Positions 7,714-17,611 are shown, counted from the first letter of the stretch. The stretch is DNA of 64,000 nt from Parcubacteria group bacterium Gr01-1014_31 (GCA_007376135.1 VMFR01000002.1:221870-285869), one strand, 5' to 3'. Notes: generated by a model not told the origin, from the sequence alone. Translations and numbers: made by a program.

Positions 7714-9501
7714 TCAAACGATGAACCCGCCGGCCTGCAGTTCCCACAGCTGGCGGTAGAGCCCGCCGGATGTCTTAACCAGCTCGGCGTGGGTGCCGAC
7801 TTCGTGGATCGCGCCGTCGCGTACGACGACGATCCGGTTCATCTTATTGATGGTGGACAGCCGGTGCGCGATGACGATGGTGGTTTTGCCTTCCATCAGT
7901 TTGGCGAGCGCCTGCTGGATGAGCTGCTCGGCGTGCGAGTCTAGGCTGGAGGTAGCTTCATCCAGGACCAGAATGGGGGCGTTCTTCAGGATGGCGCGGG
8001 CAATGGCCACGCGTTGGCGTTCCCCGCCCGATAGTTTGACCCCGCGTTCGCCCACGTACGTGTCATACCCGGCAGGCAATTGTGAGATGAATTCATCGCA
8101 GTGCGCGGCACTGGCCGCCGCCTTGACCTGCTCGATGGTGGCGTCGCGGTTGCCGTAGCGGATGTTTTCCAGCAGCGTCCGGTGGAAGAGGATGGGGTCC
8201 TGGGGCACGAAGGAGATCTGCGACCGCAGCGATTCCTGGGTCACATCGGCGATGTTCTGCCCGTCGATGAGGATCCTACCGTCCGTCACATCGTAGAAGC
8301 GGAACAGCAGGGCCACGAGCGTGGTTTTGCCCGCGCCCGAGGGGCCGACCAGCCCGACTTTTTCGCCCGGAGCGATGGAAAGGTCAAAACCTTTGATGAT
8401 CTGGCGCGTGGACGAGTAGTCGAAACGGACCTGCCGGAAATCCAGTGCGCCGCGGGAAACGCGCAGCGGCGTTGCCACCGGTTTGTTCTGTACATCGTGC
8501 GGCATATTGAGCACCTCTACCATTTCCTGGGCGTTGGCCAGTCCCTTGTAGAGGTCGCGGATGATGCGGCCGAAATCCCAGAGCCGGTGCAAGAGCTGCA
8601 GCAGGTAGGTTTGGATGAGGACGAAGTCGCCGATGGTCAGCTGTCCGCGCCGCCACCAGCGGACCGCAATGTAGAACATGGAGAACTCCAGCGCCAGCAT
8701 CAACAGCGACTGCAGCGCCCACATCAGGCCATCCAGGTCCCAGGTAAAGCGGGTGATCGCGCGCTGGCGTTCGGTCAGCTTGCCGAACTCCGTCTGTTCG
8801 TGCCCATGCGCGGTGAACAGCTTGATGTTGGCGTTGTTGGTGATGCTGTCGGCCAGCCGCGCGGTGACGGCCGTGTCGGCCGCGGCGCGCTGTTCTTCAA
8901 AGCGGAGCTTGTACAGTGTGAAGACGTAGTTGATCCCCAGGTACAACACCGTCCAGCCCAGTAGAATGCCGGCCAGCGCCGGGCTGCGTGCGCCCAGCAC
9001 CAGGAGGATGGCAATGATGCGGACGGCCAGCGGTCCCAGCTCCCAGTAGACGCGGTCGGACACGTTTTCGAACGAGTCCACCAGGCGGTTGACCTTGCGT
9101 ACCAGCGACCCGACGAAGCGGCTGATGAAGAATCCGTACGAATGGCCGTGCAGGTAGGCAAAGCACGAATTGGCGAGGTCGGCCATCACCCGCGGTTGAA
9201 GGAAATTGTTGCCGAATACGGCGACGCGCCACAGCCCCCAGGTGATGATGTTGAGCCAGAGGATATTGAAGAGGATGCCGACCAGTACGCCGGCGGTTGC
9301 GCCCTGGTGGTCGCCGGTTGAGAGTATGTCGAAGAACCGCTTGTAGGACAGCGGGATGATGGTTTCCAACACCACGGCCATCACCAGCGCGATCACCATA
9401 ACGGTGACCAGCGCCCGGTAGCGGCGGGCATGGTGCCAGAAGAGCTGGTAGGTCTGTCGAGTAACCGGTTGCATGGCGAAAAAACGCTCAGCCGCCGGCA
9501 C
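7714..9501 (-). CDS. ABC transporter, fused permease/ATP-binding (MsbA-like exporter)
   Basis: 6-TM N-domain; Walker A GPSGAGKTT, signature LSGGERQRVAIARA, Walker B ILVLDEATSSLD. Confidence 0.9.
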   Translation of the reverse strand: MPAAERFFAMQPVTRQTYQLFWHHARRYRALVTVMVIALVMAVVLETIIPLSYKRFFDILSTGDHQGATAGVLVGILFNILWLNIITWGLWRVAVFGNNFLQPRVMADLANSCFAYLHGHSYGFFISRFVGSLVRKVNRLVDSFENVSDRVYWELGPLAVRIIAILLVLGARSPALAGILLGWTVLYLGINYVFTLYKLRFEEQRAAADTAVTARLADSITNNANIKLFTAHGHEQTEFGKLTERQRAITRFTWDLDGLMWALQSLLMLALEFSMFYIAVRWWRRGQLTIGDFVLIQTYLLQLLHRLWDFGRIIRDLYKGLANAQEMVEVLNMPHDVQNKPVATPLRVSRGALDFRQVRFDYSSTRQIIKGFDLSIAPGEKVGLVGPSGAGKTTLVALLFRFYDVTDGRILIDGQNIADVTQESLRSQISFVPQDPILFHRTLLENIRYGNRDATIEQVKAAASAAHCDEFISQLPAGYDTYVGERGVKLSGGERQRVAIARAILKNAPILVLDEATSSLDSHAEQLIQQALAKLMEGKTTIVIAHRLSTINKMNRIVVVRDGAIHEVGTHAELVKTSGGLYRQLWELQAGGFIV

Positions 9502-9562
9502 GCGGCCGCAGGTCTACCCATATAGACGAACCGGAGCCGGCCGGCGTTACGGAACGCGCACG

Positions 9563-10051
9563 TCAGCCAATGTGCTGTTCGAGGCTGGCCAGGAGGCGCG
9601 TTTTACACGCGCCCCAGTTGAGCACCAGCAGTACGCCCAAGGTCGCCAGGTCGTAGGGCTGGTCCCATATACCCTGCAGCGTCAGGCCAAAGGCAAGCAG
9701 AGCGACCAGGTAGAGCCCGCCCCATGCCCGGGCGTGGTTCACGGGGTCGGGCAAAAGGCCCCGCTGCGCTCGGCTGCGGTAGTAGGCGAGCCGTTCTTCG
9801 GTATTCATGAACCGTTCGCTTATTCGCTGCTGGCTCACCGCCATCGTGTGGCTCAGCAATAAAAAAATTACGGTCCCGATGATGTTGACGGTGCTCAACG
9901 GCTCGCGCCAGTTGAACACGAACGGTCCTAAAAAAACGAACGCCCCGATCTGGCTCGAGAGGAACAGCAGCACGGCAAGGTTGGCCAGGTCCTTCCGCGC
10001 GAGCGCATCGATCCTGGCGGCAACGGCTGCCGGCAGCGGCAGCTTAGCCAT
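9563..10051 (-). CDS. hypothetical small membrane protein
   Basis: 4 predicted TMs; start MAKLPLP overlaps stop of upstream gene (ATGGCTAA 8-nt overlap). Confidence 0.5.
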   Translation of the reverse strand: MAKLPLPAAVAARIDALARKDLANLAVLLFLSSQIGAFVFLGPFVFNWREPLSTVNIIGTVIFLLLSHTMAVSQQRISERFMNTEERLAYYRSRAQRGLLPDPVNHARAWGGLYLVALLAFGLTLQGIWDQPYDLATLGVLLVLNWGACKTRLLASLEQHIG

Positions 10052-10397
10052 ACTGGATGGGCGGCTGGTAGGGCCGCACATTGGCGCGGGTGCGCGTCAG
10101 CCACTTCCACCAGCGCGCGCCGACAAGCCATCCGGCCACCAACGCGATTGCCTGCAGGGCCCAGGAGAAGATCGCATGGAATTGCAGCCACTGTTCGTAG
10201 GTGATGCCGAAGCGGTCGAAGTCTTGCGCCAACATCAGCGCGATGGGGATTTCCACCGCCGCGTGCGCGACAAAGCCGAGGAGCTGGAACAGTACCAGTA
10301 CCAAGGCGCGGTAGACGAGTCGTTGGTTGCGGCTGAAGCTGGGCGGCGGAGTTTCCATACCAGACCATTGTACCACTGCGGCGGCTGGCGTTGACAA
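10044..10397 (-). CDS. hypothetical small membrane protein (coupled to 9563..10051)
   Basis: 3 TMs, Trp-rich C-term; overlapping start/stop with downstream partner. Confidence 0.5.
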   Translation of the reverse strand: MSTPAAAVVQWSGMETPPPSFSRNQRLVYRALVLVLFQLLGFVAHAAVEIPIALMLAQDFDRFGITYEQWLQFHAIFSWALQAIALVAGWLVGARWWKWLTRTRANVRPYQPPIQYG

Positions 10398-10659
10398 TTC
10401 GGCCGTTTCATGCTACGTTGGCTCTTCATCCTATGCGTTGTCCATCAGGGAAAGGGAAGGCCATCCACCACGCCGGTTTTCACTCCGTCCTCCGTGAGGA
10501 GCGGCGGTGTCTGGTGCCCGCGTAGAGCTACACCATTCACTGCACCAGCTGCCGCCCCTCCCCACGGAGGAGGCGGATTTTTTAAAAAGGATCCGCCGGC
10601 GGTTCTTTTCGTTCCCCAACGTTCTGGCCTTTGAAAATTCGAAAGGAGAGTATTCCCCA

Positions 10660-11577
10660 ATGAACGGCAATGAAGTCAATACGCTCTTGCAAGCGCTCCC
10701 CTACATGCGCCACCACAATGGCGCGACCTTCGTGGTCAAGTGCGGCGGCGAGATCGCCCGCGATGCGACGTCCCTGGACGGGCTCAGCCGCGACCTGGCG
10801 CTGTGTATCCACGTGGGCATCCGCATCGTGCTGGTGCACGGCGGCGGCCCGCAGGCGTCCGAGTTGTCGGAACGCCTCGGCATGGAACCGGTCAAGGTCG
10901 CCGGACGGCGCATCACCGACCATGAGACGCTTGAGGTCGCCAAGATGGTGTTCGGCGGTTCCATCAACATCGACATTCTGTCGGCGCTGCGCCGCCACGG
11001 CCTGCAAGCCGTCGGACTGTCCGGCGTGGATGGCGGCATCGTGCATGCGGTCAAGCGTCCGCCGACGATGGTGGACGACCCGGAGAGCGGCGGCAAGCGC
11101 GAGGTGGACTTCGGTCTGGTCGGTGACATCACCGCGGTCAATGTCGGACTGTTGCAATACCTGATCAGCGGCGGTTATGTGCCCGTGGTCTCGTCGCTGG
11201 GCGGCGACGACGCCGGCCACATCTTCAACATCAACGCCGACACCGTGGCGGCGCAAGTCGCCGTCGCTCTCAAGGCCCACAAGCTCGTGATGCTGACCGA
11301 CGCGCCCGGCCTGATGGCCAACTTCCCCGACCCTGCGTCGTTGGTGCGGCACATCACGGTGCCGGGCTGCGAGCAGCTCCTGCACGACGGCAAGATCACC
11401 GGCGGCATGGTGCCCAAGGTCGAGACCCTGCTGGTCGCCGTGCGCGGGGGCGTTCCCCGCGCGCATATCCTGGACGGCAAGACGCCGCATGCGCTGCTGC
11501 TGGAGCTGTTCACCAAGGACGGCGCCGGCACGATGGTCACCTCCCGCGAGGAGGAGAAGCGCTACCTCGGCGAATGA
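10660..11577 (+). CDS. argB: acetylglutamate kinase
   Basis: VVKCGGE...VLVHGGGPQ...GRRITD motifs of the amino-acid kinase family/ArgB; RBS AAAGGAGA 7 nt upstream of ATG; ORF track start 10507 trimmed. Confidence 0.85.
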   Translation: MNGNEVNTLLQALPYMRHHNGATFVVKCGGEIARDATSLDGLSRDLALCIHVGIRIVLVHGGGPQASELSERLGMEPVKVAGRRITDHETLEVAKMVFGGSINIDILSALRRHGLQAVGLSGVDGGIVHAVKRPPTMVDDPESGGKREVDFGLVGDITAVNVGLLQYLISGGYVPVVSSLGGDDAGHIFNINADTVAAQVAVALKAHKLVMLTDAPGLMANFPDPASLVRHITVPGCEQLLHDGKITGGMVPKVETLLVAVRGGVPRAHILDGKTPHALLLELFTKDGAGTMVTSREEEKRYLGE

Positions 11578-11605
11578 GACAATCCAAACTCCGAAGGAGG
11601 AATCC

Positions 11606-12502
11606 ATGCAATTGAAGCGGCTGAGATTCGCCGTACCCAACGGGTCGCTCAAGGAAGTGACGCTCGCCCTGCTGCGCAAGATCGGCTATCCCTTGCCGAC
11701 CACGGTCGGCCGCGACAACCGGCTGGGCATCATCCACGACATCGTGTTCGAGGTCCGCGACCGCGAGAACATCGCGTCGTTGGTCTGCGCCGGGGTCTTT
11801 GACTGCGGCATCACCGGCACCGACCTGCGGCTCGGCGAGAACGCCGCGGCTGCCAACGTCAAGGTGCTGTGCACGCTGCAGTACAGCCGTCAAACCACCC
11901 GTCCCGTGGAGTACGTGCTGGCCGGCAGGACCGGTATCACGCGCCTCCAGTGGGAGGGGATGGAGAAGCGCCGTGTGGGCGCCGAACGGGTGGCGCTGGC
12001 CCGCCACATTCTCGGGGACCGGCTGCGGCCTGACGATGTGATCGTGCAACTTCCCGGCTGCGAGGAGATGGCCGTGCGCGACGGCCTGTGCGACGCGGTG
12101 CTCGTGATGACCGAGACGGGCAGCTCCATCAAGGCCAACAACATGGAGATCATCTATCCCGAGCTCCTGGTGTCCACGCCCGAGCTGCTCTACTGCCCCG
12201 GGATCACTGACGGCAGTTCGCTGCACCAGCAGATCGAGAACATCGGTCACGCGCTGCAGGCGATCCTCGGCGCCGAGGGCCAGATCATGGTGGTCTTCAA
12301 CATCCCCACCCCCCGGCTCCCCGAGCTCAAAGAACGGCTGCCCGCAGCCGTCTCTCCCACCATCAGTCAGACGCTGGACCCCGAGTGGCGCGCCGGCCAG
12401 GTGCTCATCCCTCGCCAGAGATTCGGCGAGGTGCTGCGGCTGCTGAAGGAAAGCGGCGCCAGCGAGATCTACATGCAGGACGTGGACGGCTACCTACCGT
12501 AA
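11606..12502 (+). CDS. hisG: ATP phosphoribosyltransferase, long form
   Basis: LRFAVPNGSLKE...ALLRKIG, DIVFEVRDRENIASLVCAGVFDCGITGTDL, ETGSSIKANNMEII match the HisG catalytic core; about 80-aa C-terminal regulatory extension; RBS GGAGG. Confidence 0.75.
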   Translation: MQLKRLRFAVPNGSLKEVTLALLRKIGYPLPTTVGRDNRLGIIHDIVFEVRDRENIASLVCAGVFDCGITGTDLRLGENAAAANVKVLCTLQYSRQTTRPVEYVLAGRTGITRLQWEGMEKRRVGAERVALARHILGDRLRPDDVIVQLPGCEEMAVRDGLCDAVLVMTETGSSIKANNMEIIYPELLVSTPELLYCPGITDGSSLHQQIENIGHALQAILGAEGQIMVVFNIPTPRLPELKERLPAAVSPTISQTLDPEWRAGQVLIPRQRFGEVLRLLKESGASEIYMQDVDGYLP

Positions 12503-12565
12503 GCGTTCTGTGCCACACCGCACCTTCCCACATACAAAACCCCCAGGGCAACCACCCCGGGGTTC

Positions 12566-12652
12566 TTTTTTATTTCCCGCCGCCCCGTCATTCGCCGCCG
12601 CTGAACAATTTTCAACCGTGCCGTTGATTGACCCTCCCAGGCGGCTGGGGTA
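12566..12652. repeat. partial copy C of the 408-640 / 13851-14068 repeat element, embedded in hisG terminator region
   Basis: TTCTTTTTTATTTCCCGCC... and ...GGCTGGGGTAGC ends shared with copies A/B. Confidence 0.45.
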
Positions 12653-12720
12653 GCATGACTGAGCACGTTGTGTTCGTTGACATTTTGTTCCGGTCCATAA
12701 GTTCTTTTTTGAGGTGTTCT

Positions 12721-13776
12721 ATGTCTTCAGCTGATTCTCGGCCGTTGGAAAGTTCCTCCGCCACCGGCAGTGCTCCCGGCGCGCCAACTTTGGCTGCGGC
12801 AGCCAAGCAAAGGGTCAGGGATCTGGTCGGGGTAACGAAGCAGTTCGCTCGCGAGCATCGCGGGCGGAGCTGGTTTCACCTGTGGTCGACGCTCGGCGTG
12901 ATGAGCTGCGCCTTCTTGGCAACCGCGCTGCCGTTCCCGTGGCTGGTGCGCGCCGGGTTCAGCGTCCTTGCTGCCCTGCTCCTGGTGCGGATGTTCGTCA
13001 TCTACCATGACCATAGCCACCGTACCATCCTGCGCGGTTCCCGACTGGTCAAGGTCATCATGTACGGGTTCGGGGTTCTCACCCTCAACCCGCCCAGCGC
13101 CTGGAAGTCCTCGCACGACTACCACCACAAGCACAACGCCAAAAATTTTGGCGTTAACATCGGATCATTTCCTCTCCTGACGACGCACGGCTATGCGCGG
13201 GCGACTAAGTGGGAGCGCTTCGCCTACGCCCTGGCCAGGCACCCGCTGACCATCGCCTGCGCCTACCTGACGGTCTTTCTCTATTCAATGTCGCTGAAGC
13301 CTCTGATCGTGGAACGAGCGAGCCGCCGTGACTGTGGCATCGCGGTCGCCTTGCATCTAGGCATCATCACGTTGCTTGCCGTGCTGGCGCCGTACGTCCT
13401 GCTCTTCACGTTCATGGTCCCCATGTGGATCGCTTCAGCTCTGGGAGCGTACCTGTTCTACTCGCAACACAATTTTCCCGGCGTGCAGCTGCGAGATCGC
13501 CCGGCGTGGGATTTCGTGTTCGCGGCGCTGTATTCCTCGAGCTACACGGCCATGGGGCCGGTCATGCAGTGGTTCACGGGCAACATCGGGTACCACCACG
13601 TGCACCACCTGAATGCGCACATCCCGTTCTACCGCCTACCCGAGGCAATGCGGGCAATTCGCGAGCTGCAAACGCCCTCTACCATTCGGCTCAACGTGAG
13701 CGACGTCTGCCGGTGTTTCCGGCTCAAGCTTTGGGACCCAGAGAAAGACATGATGGTATCGTTCGACGGCACCTAA
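12721..13776 (+). CDS. membrane fatty acid desaturase
   Basis: three His boxes HDHSH, HDYHHKH, HHVHH; TM segments; RBS GAGG; ORF track start 12628 trimmed. Confidence 0.85.
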   Translation: MSSADSRPLESSSATGSAPGAPTLAAAAKQRVRDLVGVTKQFAREHRGRSWFHLWSTLGVMSCAFLATALPFPWLVRAGFSVLAALLLVRMFVIYHDHSHRTILRGSRLVKVIMYGFGVLTLNPPSAWKSSHDYHHKHNAKNFGVNIGSFPLLTTHGYARATKWERFAYALARHPLTIACAYLTVFLYSMSLKPLIVERASRRDCGIAVALHLGIITLLAVLAPYVLLFTFMVPMWIASALGAYLFYSQHNFPGVQLRDRPAWDFVFAALYSSSYTAMGPVMQWFTGNIGYHHVHHLNAHIPFYRLPEAMRAIRELQTPSTIRLNVSDVCRCFRLKLWDPEKDMMVSFDGT

Positions 13777-13850
13777 CCAAAAAGGCATACCCATAGGTAT
13801 GCCCCGACCAACTCCAGTCCACCGCCCCCCTGCCAGACGGCAGTGGGGCA

Positions 13851-14068
13851 TTTTTTTATTTTCCCGCCATCGCAGCAAGGGAGTTTGCGACCGCCGGCGA
13901 GATATGCGGGAAAATAACCCCGCACCAATTTTGCCGTACAATCCACCTCGTGTTTTGAACTATGGTAGCATTGTCCCCCCAGTCGCGAAGCGCGCGTGCG
14001 AATAGCACTCTCCATTATGGGCGCAGCGCTTCGCCGGGACGTGAGTTCCAAAATTGGGTGCTGGGGTT
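13851..14068. repeat. intergenic repeat element copy B
   Basis: see 408..640; preceded by hairpin plus T-run terminator (CTGCC-agac-GGCAG..T7) of desaturase gene. Confidence 0.6.
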
Positions 14069-14073
14069 GCTAC

Positions 14074-14277
14074 CTACATAATGCGACAATCCGGGCAGAC
14101 GCACGGCGTTCCTTGGGCGACGGACTTTAGTGAGCACTCGGGGCACTGCTCCATCGGCTGGAGTGGCTTTCCCTGCAGTTCGCAATTCTTCGCCGCGCAG
14201 GAAATCGCGTCTTGTTCGTGCTGTTCCAGCGTCGCAATGCCGTGGCAGGAGCCCTGGCAGACAAAGACTTTGCCCAT
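14074..14277 (-). CDS. small Cys-rich protein (10 Cys/67 aa), putative metal-binding
   Basis: MGKVFVCQGSCHG...CAAKNCELQG...CPECS...CVCPDC; no recognised family; upstream palindrome cluster. Confidence 0.5.
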   Translation of the reverse strand: MGKVFVCQGSCHGIATLEQHEQDAISCAAKNCELQGKPLQPMEQCPECSLKSVAQGTPCVCPDCRIM

Positions 14278-14282
14278 AGTGG

Positions 14283-14395
14283 ATGTGCTAGGTACTAAGT
14301 GCTAAGCACTAAGTTGATGGTTTATAAGACCAGTAGTATACGACTGGTACTTAGTACGTAGCACTTTGAACTTAGCACTGGTTTAGAATTCCATT
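14283..14395. promoter_or_regulatory. palindrome-dense regulatory region (AGTGC-taa-GCACT; ACCAGTaGTATACgACTGGT; GTACTTAGTAC)
   Basis: seen directly in the 110-nt gap between the MBL gene stop and the Cys-rich gene start. Confidence 0.5.
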
Positions 14396-15033
14396 GGTTG
14401 GCCCAGTTCCAGCGGCTGGAAGCGGATGCCGGCCTGAGGAAGGAATGCGGTCAGCAAGCGGTGCTGCGGCAGCGCGGTTTTGAGCATGCCATCGTGGACG
14501 GGGAATGCTAGGCGCGGCTTGACGGCCATGGCGTAGGCGACGGCTTCCTTTATTTTCATCCACGGTCCCGCGATGGGCAGCGCGAGGATGCGCACGCCGG
14601 TCGGCGGCGGGGTAAAGGCGTCGCCCGGGTAGAACAGTTCCCCCGCGACGAGAATGCCGATGTTGTCCACCCGGTTCCAGTTCCCGTAAATTTCGGCATG
14701 GAGTTTCCCAACCCCGATGATGGGAACGTTTTTGACGGTAACGGTCTGACCGTCCTGCAAGGTGTCGGCAGCCAGGTCGGCCGCGGCCATCTGGTTTTTA
14801 ACCGCCTCCGTCGTGAAGACCGGAATGCCCGGGTTCTTTTCCAATACGGCTGAGAGCGCGGGCAGGTGGAAGTGGTCCTGGTGTTCGTGGGTGATGACCA
14901 CGGCGTCCAGCGGCGGCAGTTTCGCGGGGTCGGCTCCCATACCCGCGAACTCATGGTTGCCGGGGTCGGTCAGGATGCGCACGCCGTTGATCTCGATGAC
15001 CAGGCAGCAGTGGCCGAATTTGGTGACGTGCAT
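14383..15033 (-). CDS. MBL-fold metallo-hydrolase
   Basis: ITHEHQDH (HxHxDH) plus downstream H/D ligands. Confidence 0.85.
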   Translation of the reverse strand: MHVTKFGHCCLVIEINGVRILTDPGNHEFAGMGADPAKLPPLDAVVITHEHQDHFHLPALSAVLEKNPGIPVFTTEAVKNQMAAADLAADTLQDGQTVTVKNVPIIGVGKLHAEIYGNWNRVDNIGILVAGELFYPGDAFTPPPTGVRILALPIAGPWMKIKEAVAYAMAVKPRLAFPVHDGMLKTALPQHRLLTAFLPQAGIRFQPLELGQPMEF

Positions 15034-15122
15034 AGTAAGGCGCGTTATCTCTTAGGGCTCAACGAGCTGCATCTACCATTTGTGTCGCCGAATCATGGAA
15101 CAGAAAGCAAAGAGTAAAATTA

Positions 15123-15758
15123 TTATTGGCCTTGGATCCATTTTCCGATGTGATCCAGTGCCGCCGATGGGAACTGGTGGCCCAGGCCAGGGACAATGAT
15201 GATGTCTGGGGTGATGCGATAGTCGGCGAGGCGGCGGTTAGCATCGTCGATCTGCCGGAAATCGTCGCCTCGAGCCCAAGTATCGAGTTCGCCGACCACG
15301 GTGAGGATTTTCAGTTCCAGCGTTTGCGGCTGACTAAATATACCGAGCGGGTCGCAAAATGCGCCGAGGGGAATGGCGCCAGCAAAGAGGTCGGGATTTT
15401 GCATCGCGAATTCACAGGCGTTGTAACCACCGTTGGAAAATCCGGTGATAAAAATTTTGGCGGCAGGGTACTCATTTTTGAGCCGTTGGGCATCGATTGG
15501 TACGCTTTGTTCACTCCAGGTTTCTGGGACAATAATCCTAATGCCGAATTGTTTCTCCAGTGGCCGCCATGCGGTGCGCGTGCCTGCCGCTTCTCCCGGC
15601 TCGCCGCCGGTGGTCAGCACGAAAAGGATGGGTGCGTTCGGCGGCAGCGGATTTTTTCGGAGATTCGGAGGGCGCAGAGGTCCGCGCTGGATTGTCAGGG
15701 CGGCGACGACCGAGGCCGCAACGATAATAATGAAAAGCAGAGGAATGAAGCGGCGCAT
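15123..15758 (-). CDS. alpha/beta hydrolase (esterase/phospholipase-carboxylesterase family), N-terminal TM anchor
   Basis: GFSNGG (GxSxG nucleophile elbow); N-term hydrophobic segment. Confidence 0.75.
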   Translation of the reverse strand: MRRFIPLLFIIIVAASVVAALTIQRGPLRPPNLRKNPLPPNAPILFVLTTGGEPGEAAGTRTAWRPLEKQFGIRIIVPETWSEQSVPIDAQRLKNEYPAAKIFITGFSNGGYNACEFAMQNPDLFAGAIPLGAFCDPLGIFSQPQTLELKILTVVGELDTWARGDDFRQIDDANRRLADYRITPDIIIVPGLGHQFPSAALDHIGKWIQGQ

Positions 15759-15760
15759 AG

Positions 15761-16270
15761 TCAGAATTTCTCGGGTAGCGGGAGCTCGCGCGGCAGGTGA
15801 TTTGCGGCGGCGAAAAATCTTATCAGGTCGTCGTGCGGGAGCGCCAGAGTGGCGCGATTGTCATTGGGGTGGAATTGGTTGTAGGCATCGGCGGCCAGCG
15901 CGGCATCCAGAATGACCTGCACCACATTGTTTCGGTCATGCAGCACGCCGAACGGGCTGACCGATCCGGGGGTCAATCCCAGTAGCTCCCGCAGTTCGTC
16001 CGCTGTCGCGAATGACAGCCGTCCGCAGTTAAGAGTTTTTGCCAGCGCGCCGAGGTCCAGACGTTTGCGGCAGGGCGAAAGCAGTAAAAAGAATTTTTTT
16101 GCGGCGGTTTTCACCAATAGGCATTTGCTGGGAGTGCCGGGGATATCGCCGATGACCGTTTCGGCCTCGGCGCAGGTGTACACCGCGGGATGGTCGAAGC
16201 GTTGGTACCGCACGCCCAATTGATCCAACCGCGCGGTGACGGCCGCGGCGGCGTCAGGAACGTTGGGCAT
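15761..16270 (-). CDS. YbaK/ProX-type aminoacyl-tRNA deacylase domain protein
   Basis: KCLLVKT...LSPFGV motifs of YbaK family; start trimmed to MPNVPD (ORF track 15761..16585 runs into the upstream gene). Confidence 0.7.
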   Translation of the reverse strand: MPNVPDAAAAVTARLDQLGVRYQRFDHPAVYTCAEAETVIGDIPGTPSKCLLVKTAAKKFFLLLSPCRKRLDLGALAKTLNCGRLSFATADELRELLGLTPGSVSPFGVLHDRNNVVQVILDAALAADAYNQFHPNDNRATLALPHDDLIRFFAAANHLPRELPLPEKF

Positions 16271-17267
16271 GGGCCGGTGACGCCGACGCCAGGAGCCGCA
16301 GCGCGTCTTTGACCATGGCCGACGTGGTGGGCACCGCTCCCGCGCCGGGACCGGTGGCGCGGTAGGTGTTTTCCCCACCCTCGTAGACGATGACGCCGTT
16401 GACGATACCCGGGAGCACCAGTTGGCTGAACAGCGGGTTGCTTTCCAGCGCCTGGAAGCCGCCGCGGATATTCCATTCCCCCACCTGGTGGCGAAATCCG
16501 CCGATGGTATCGTCGCGCTGGGGCGCGCCGCGCGTGATGGACACGATGAAGCGGCGTTTGCCGGCTTCGCGGATGAGCAGATCAACTTCCGCGTCGGTGA
16601 TCTCGCGCACTTTCATGTCGCTGGCCTTCAGCCGTCGCTCCCGTTCGAAGTTGCTCAAATTAAAGAGGATGGCAGTCTTCATCACCACGTCTTCCTTGGC
16701 CTCCTGGTTAATGATCTCGAGCACGCCGTTGACCCCCGGTTCGGCGTAGCCGAGCCGCTGTACGTCGGCGATGGCCGCCCCCATCGGTTTGCCGGCGGCG
16801 ACCTCCGAGAGCAGGTAGTTGAGCGTACCGTTGATGACGCCGTGGATCTCCTGCGTCCAGGGGCCGACATGCCCTTCCATGTAGCGCAGCAGCCGCGTCC
16901 CCCCGCCGACCGTCGCGCTGTAGCCGATGCGGTGGCGGTAGGGTTCCAGTTCGGCAAAGTGGCTGGACAGTGAACCCTTCTCGCAGGTGACGACGGGGAT
17001 ATCGAGCTTGAGGAACGACAGCAGGTATTCGTACGCGGCGGTGCCGTCATCCAAGGTTGGGATGGCCAAGAAGGTAACATCCAGTCCCGAGGCGTAGTTA
17101 AGGTAGTTTTCCAGTCGGTCGATCTTGTTGGTCAGGTTCTTGTAGATACCATCGCTCTTGGCGACGAACGTTACTTCCCAGCCAAGGTTGAGCACTTTGC
17201 GATAGAGCTCGGCCCCGATGTTGCCGGCGCCGATGATGCCCACGTGGGGAGGTTTGGGGGCGCGCAT
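16254..17267 (-). CDS. hom: homoserine dehydrogenase (short form, no ACT domain)
   Basis: N-term GIIGAGNIG Rossmann; HGVINGTLNYLLSE and QRLGYAEPG match Hom catalytic motifs. Confidence 0.65.
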   Translation of the reverse strand: MRAPKPPHVGIIGAGNIGAELYRKVLNLGWEVTFVAKSDGIYKNLTNKIDRLENYLNYASGLDVTFLAIPTLDDGTAAYEYLLSFLKLDIPVVTCEKGSLSSHFAELEPYRHRIGYSATVGGGTRLLRYMEGHVGPWTQEIHGVINGTLNYLLSEVAAGKPMGAAIADVQRLGYAEPGVNGVLEIINQEAKEDVVMKTAILFNLSNFERERRLKASDMKVREITDAEVDLLIREAGKRRFIVSITRGAPQRDDTIGGFRHQVGEWNIRGGFQALESNPLFSQLVLPGIVNGVIVYEGGENTYRATGPGAGAVPTTSAMVKDALRLLASASPAHAQRS

Positions 17268-17272
17268 AGGCG

Positions 17273-17611
17273 TTAAAATTCGTCCAGTATCTTTTTGGCG
17301 TCGTCGAAGTCCATTTGTGACAGTTCGCCGCCTTTTACTTTCTGCCACAACTGCTGCCGGATCGAGGACTTCGTGCCCAGCGATAGGTGAGCTCCCGGCG
17401 GCAGGCGTTTGAGATGTGGCTCGATCAGATCGGCGATGGTGTCCGCTTCATCCGCGGACAGGTTCTGGCCTTCGTCGCCGCCGATACGAAAACGGCGCAA
17501 CTTTTCCAGCGCGCCGCGAAAACTCGGGTCCCGGTCCACGGGTACGTGCCCGCCCTCCCGGTACTGCCGGCCGGTTTTCACGCCGCCGAAGAGGTCGCCA
17601 AAGATACCCAT
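17273..17611 (-). CDS. hypothetical protein
   Basis: ORF track 112 aa, no known motif. Confidence 0.45.
   Translation of the reverse strand: MGIFGDLFGGVKTGRQYREGGHVPVDRDPSFRGALEKLRRFRIGGDEGQNLSADEADTIADLIEPHLKRLPPGAHLSLGTKSSIRQQLWQKVKGGELSQMDFDDAKKILDEF

Noticed and set aside
10582-11679. 365-aa minus ORF antisense to argB; also 25675..26685, 4106..4899, 55619..57108, 19230..19877 and similar long antisense ORFs
   Set aside because: High-GC antisense artefacts overlapping well-supported genes on the other strand; no SD and junk-like composition.
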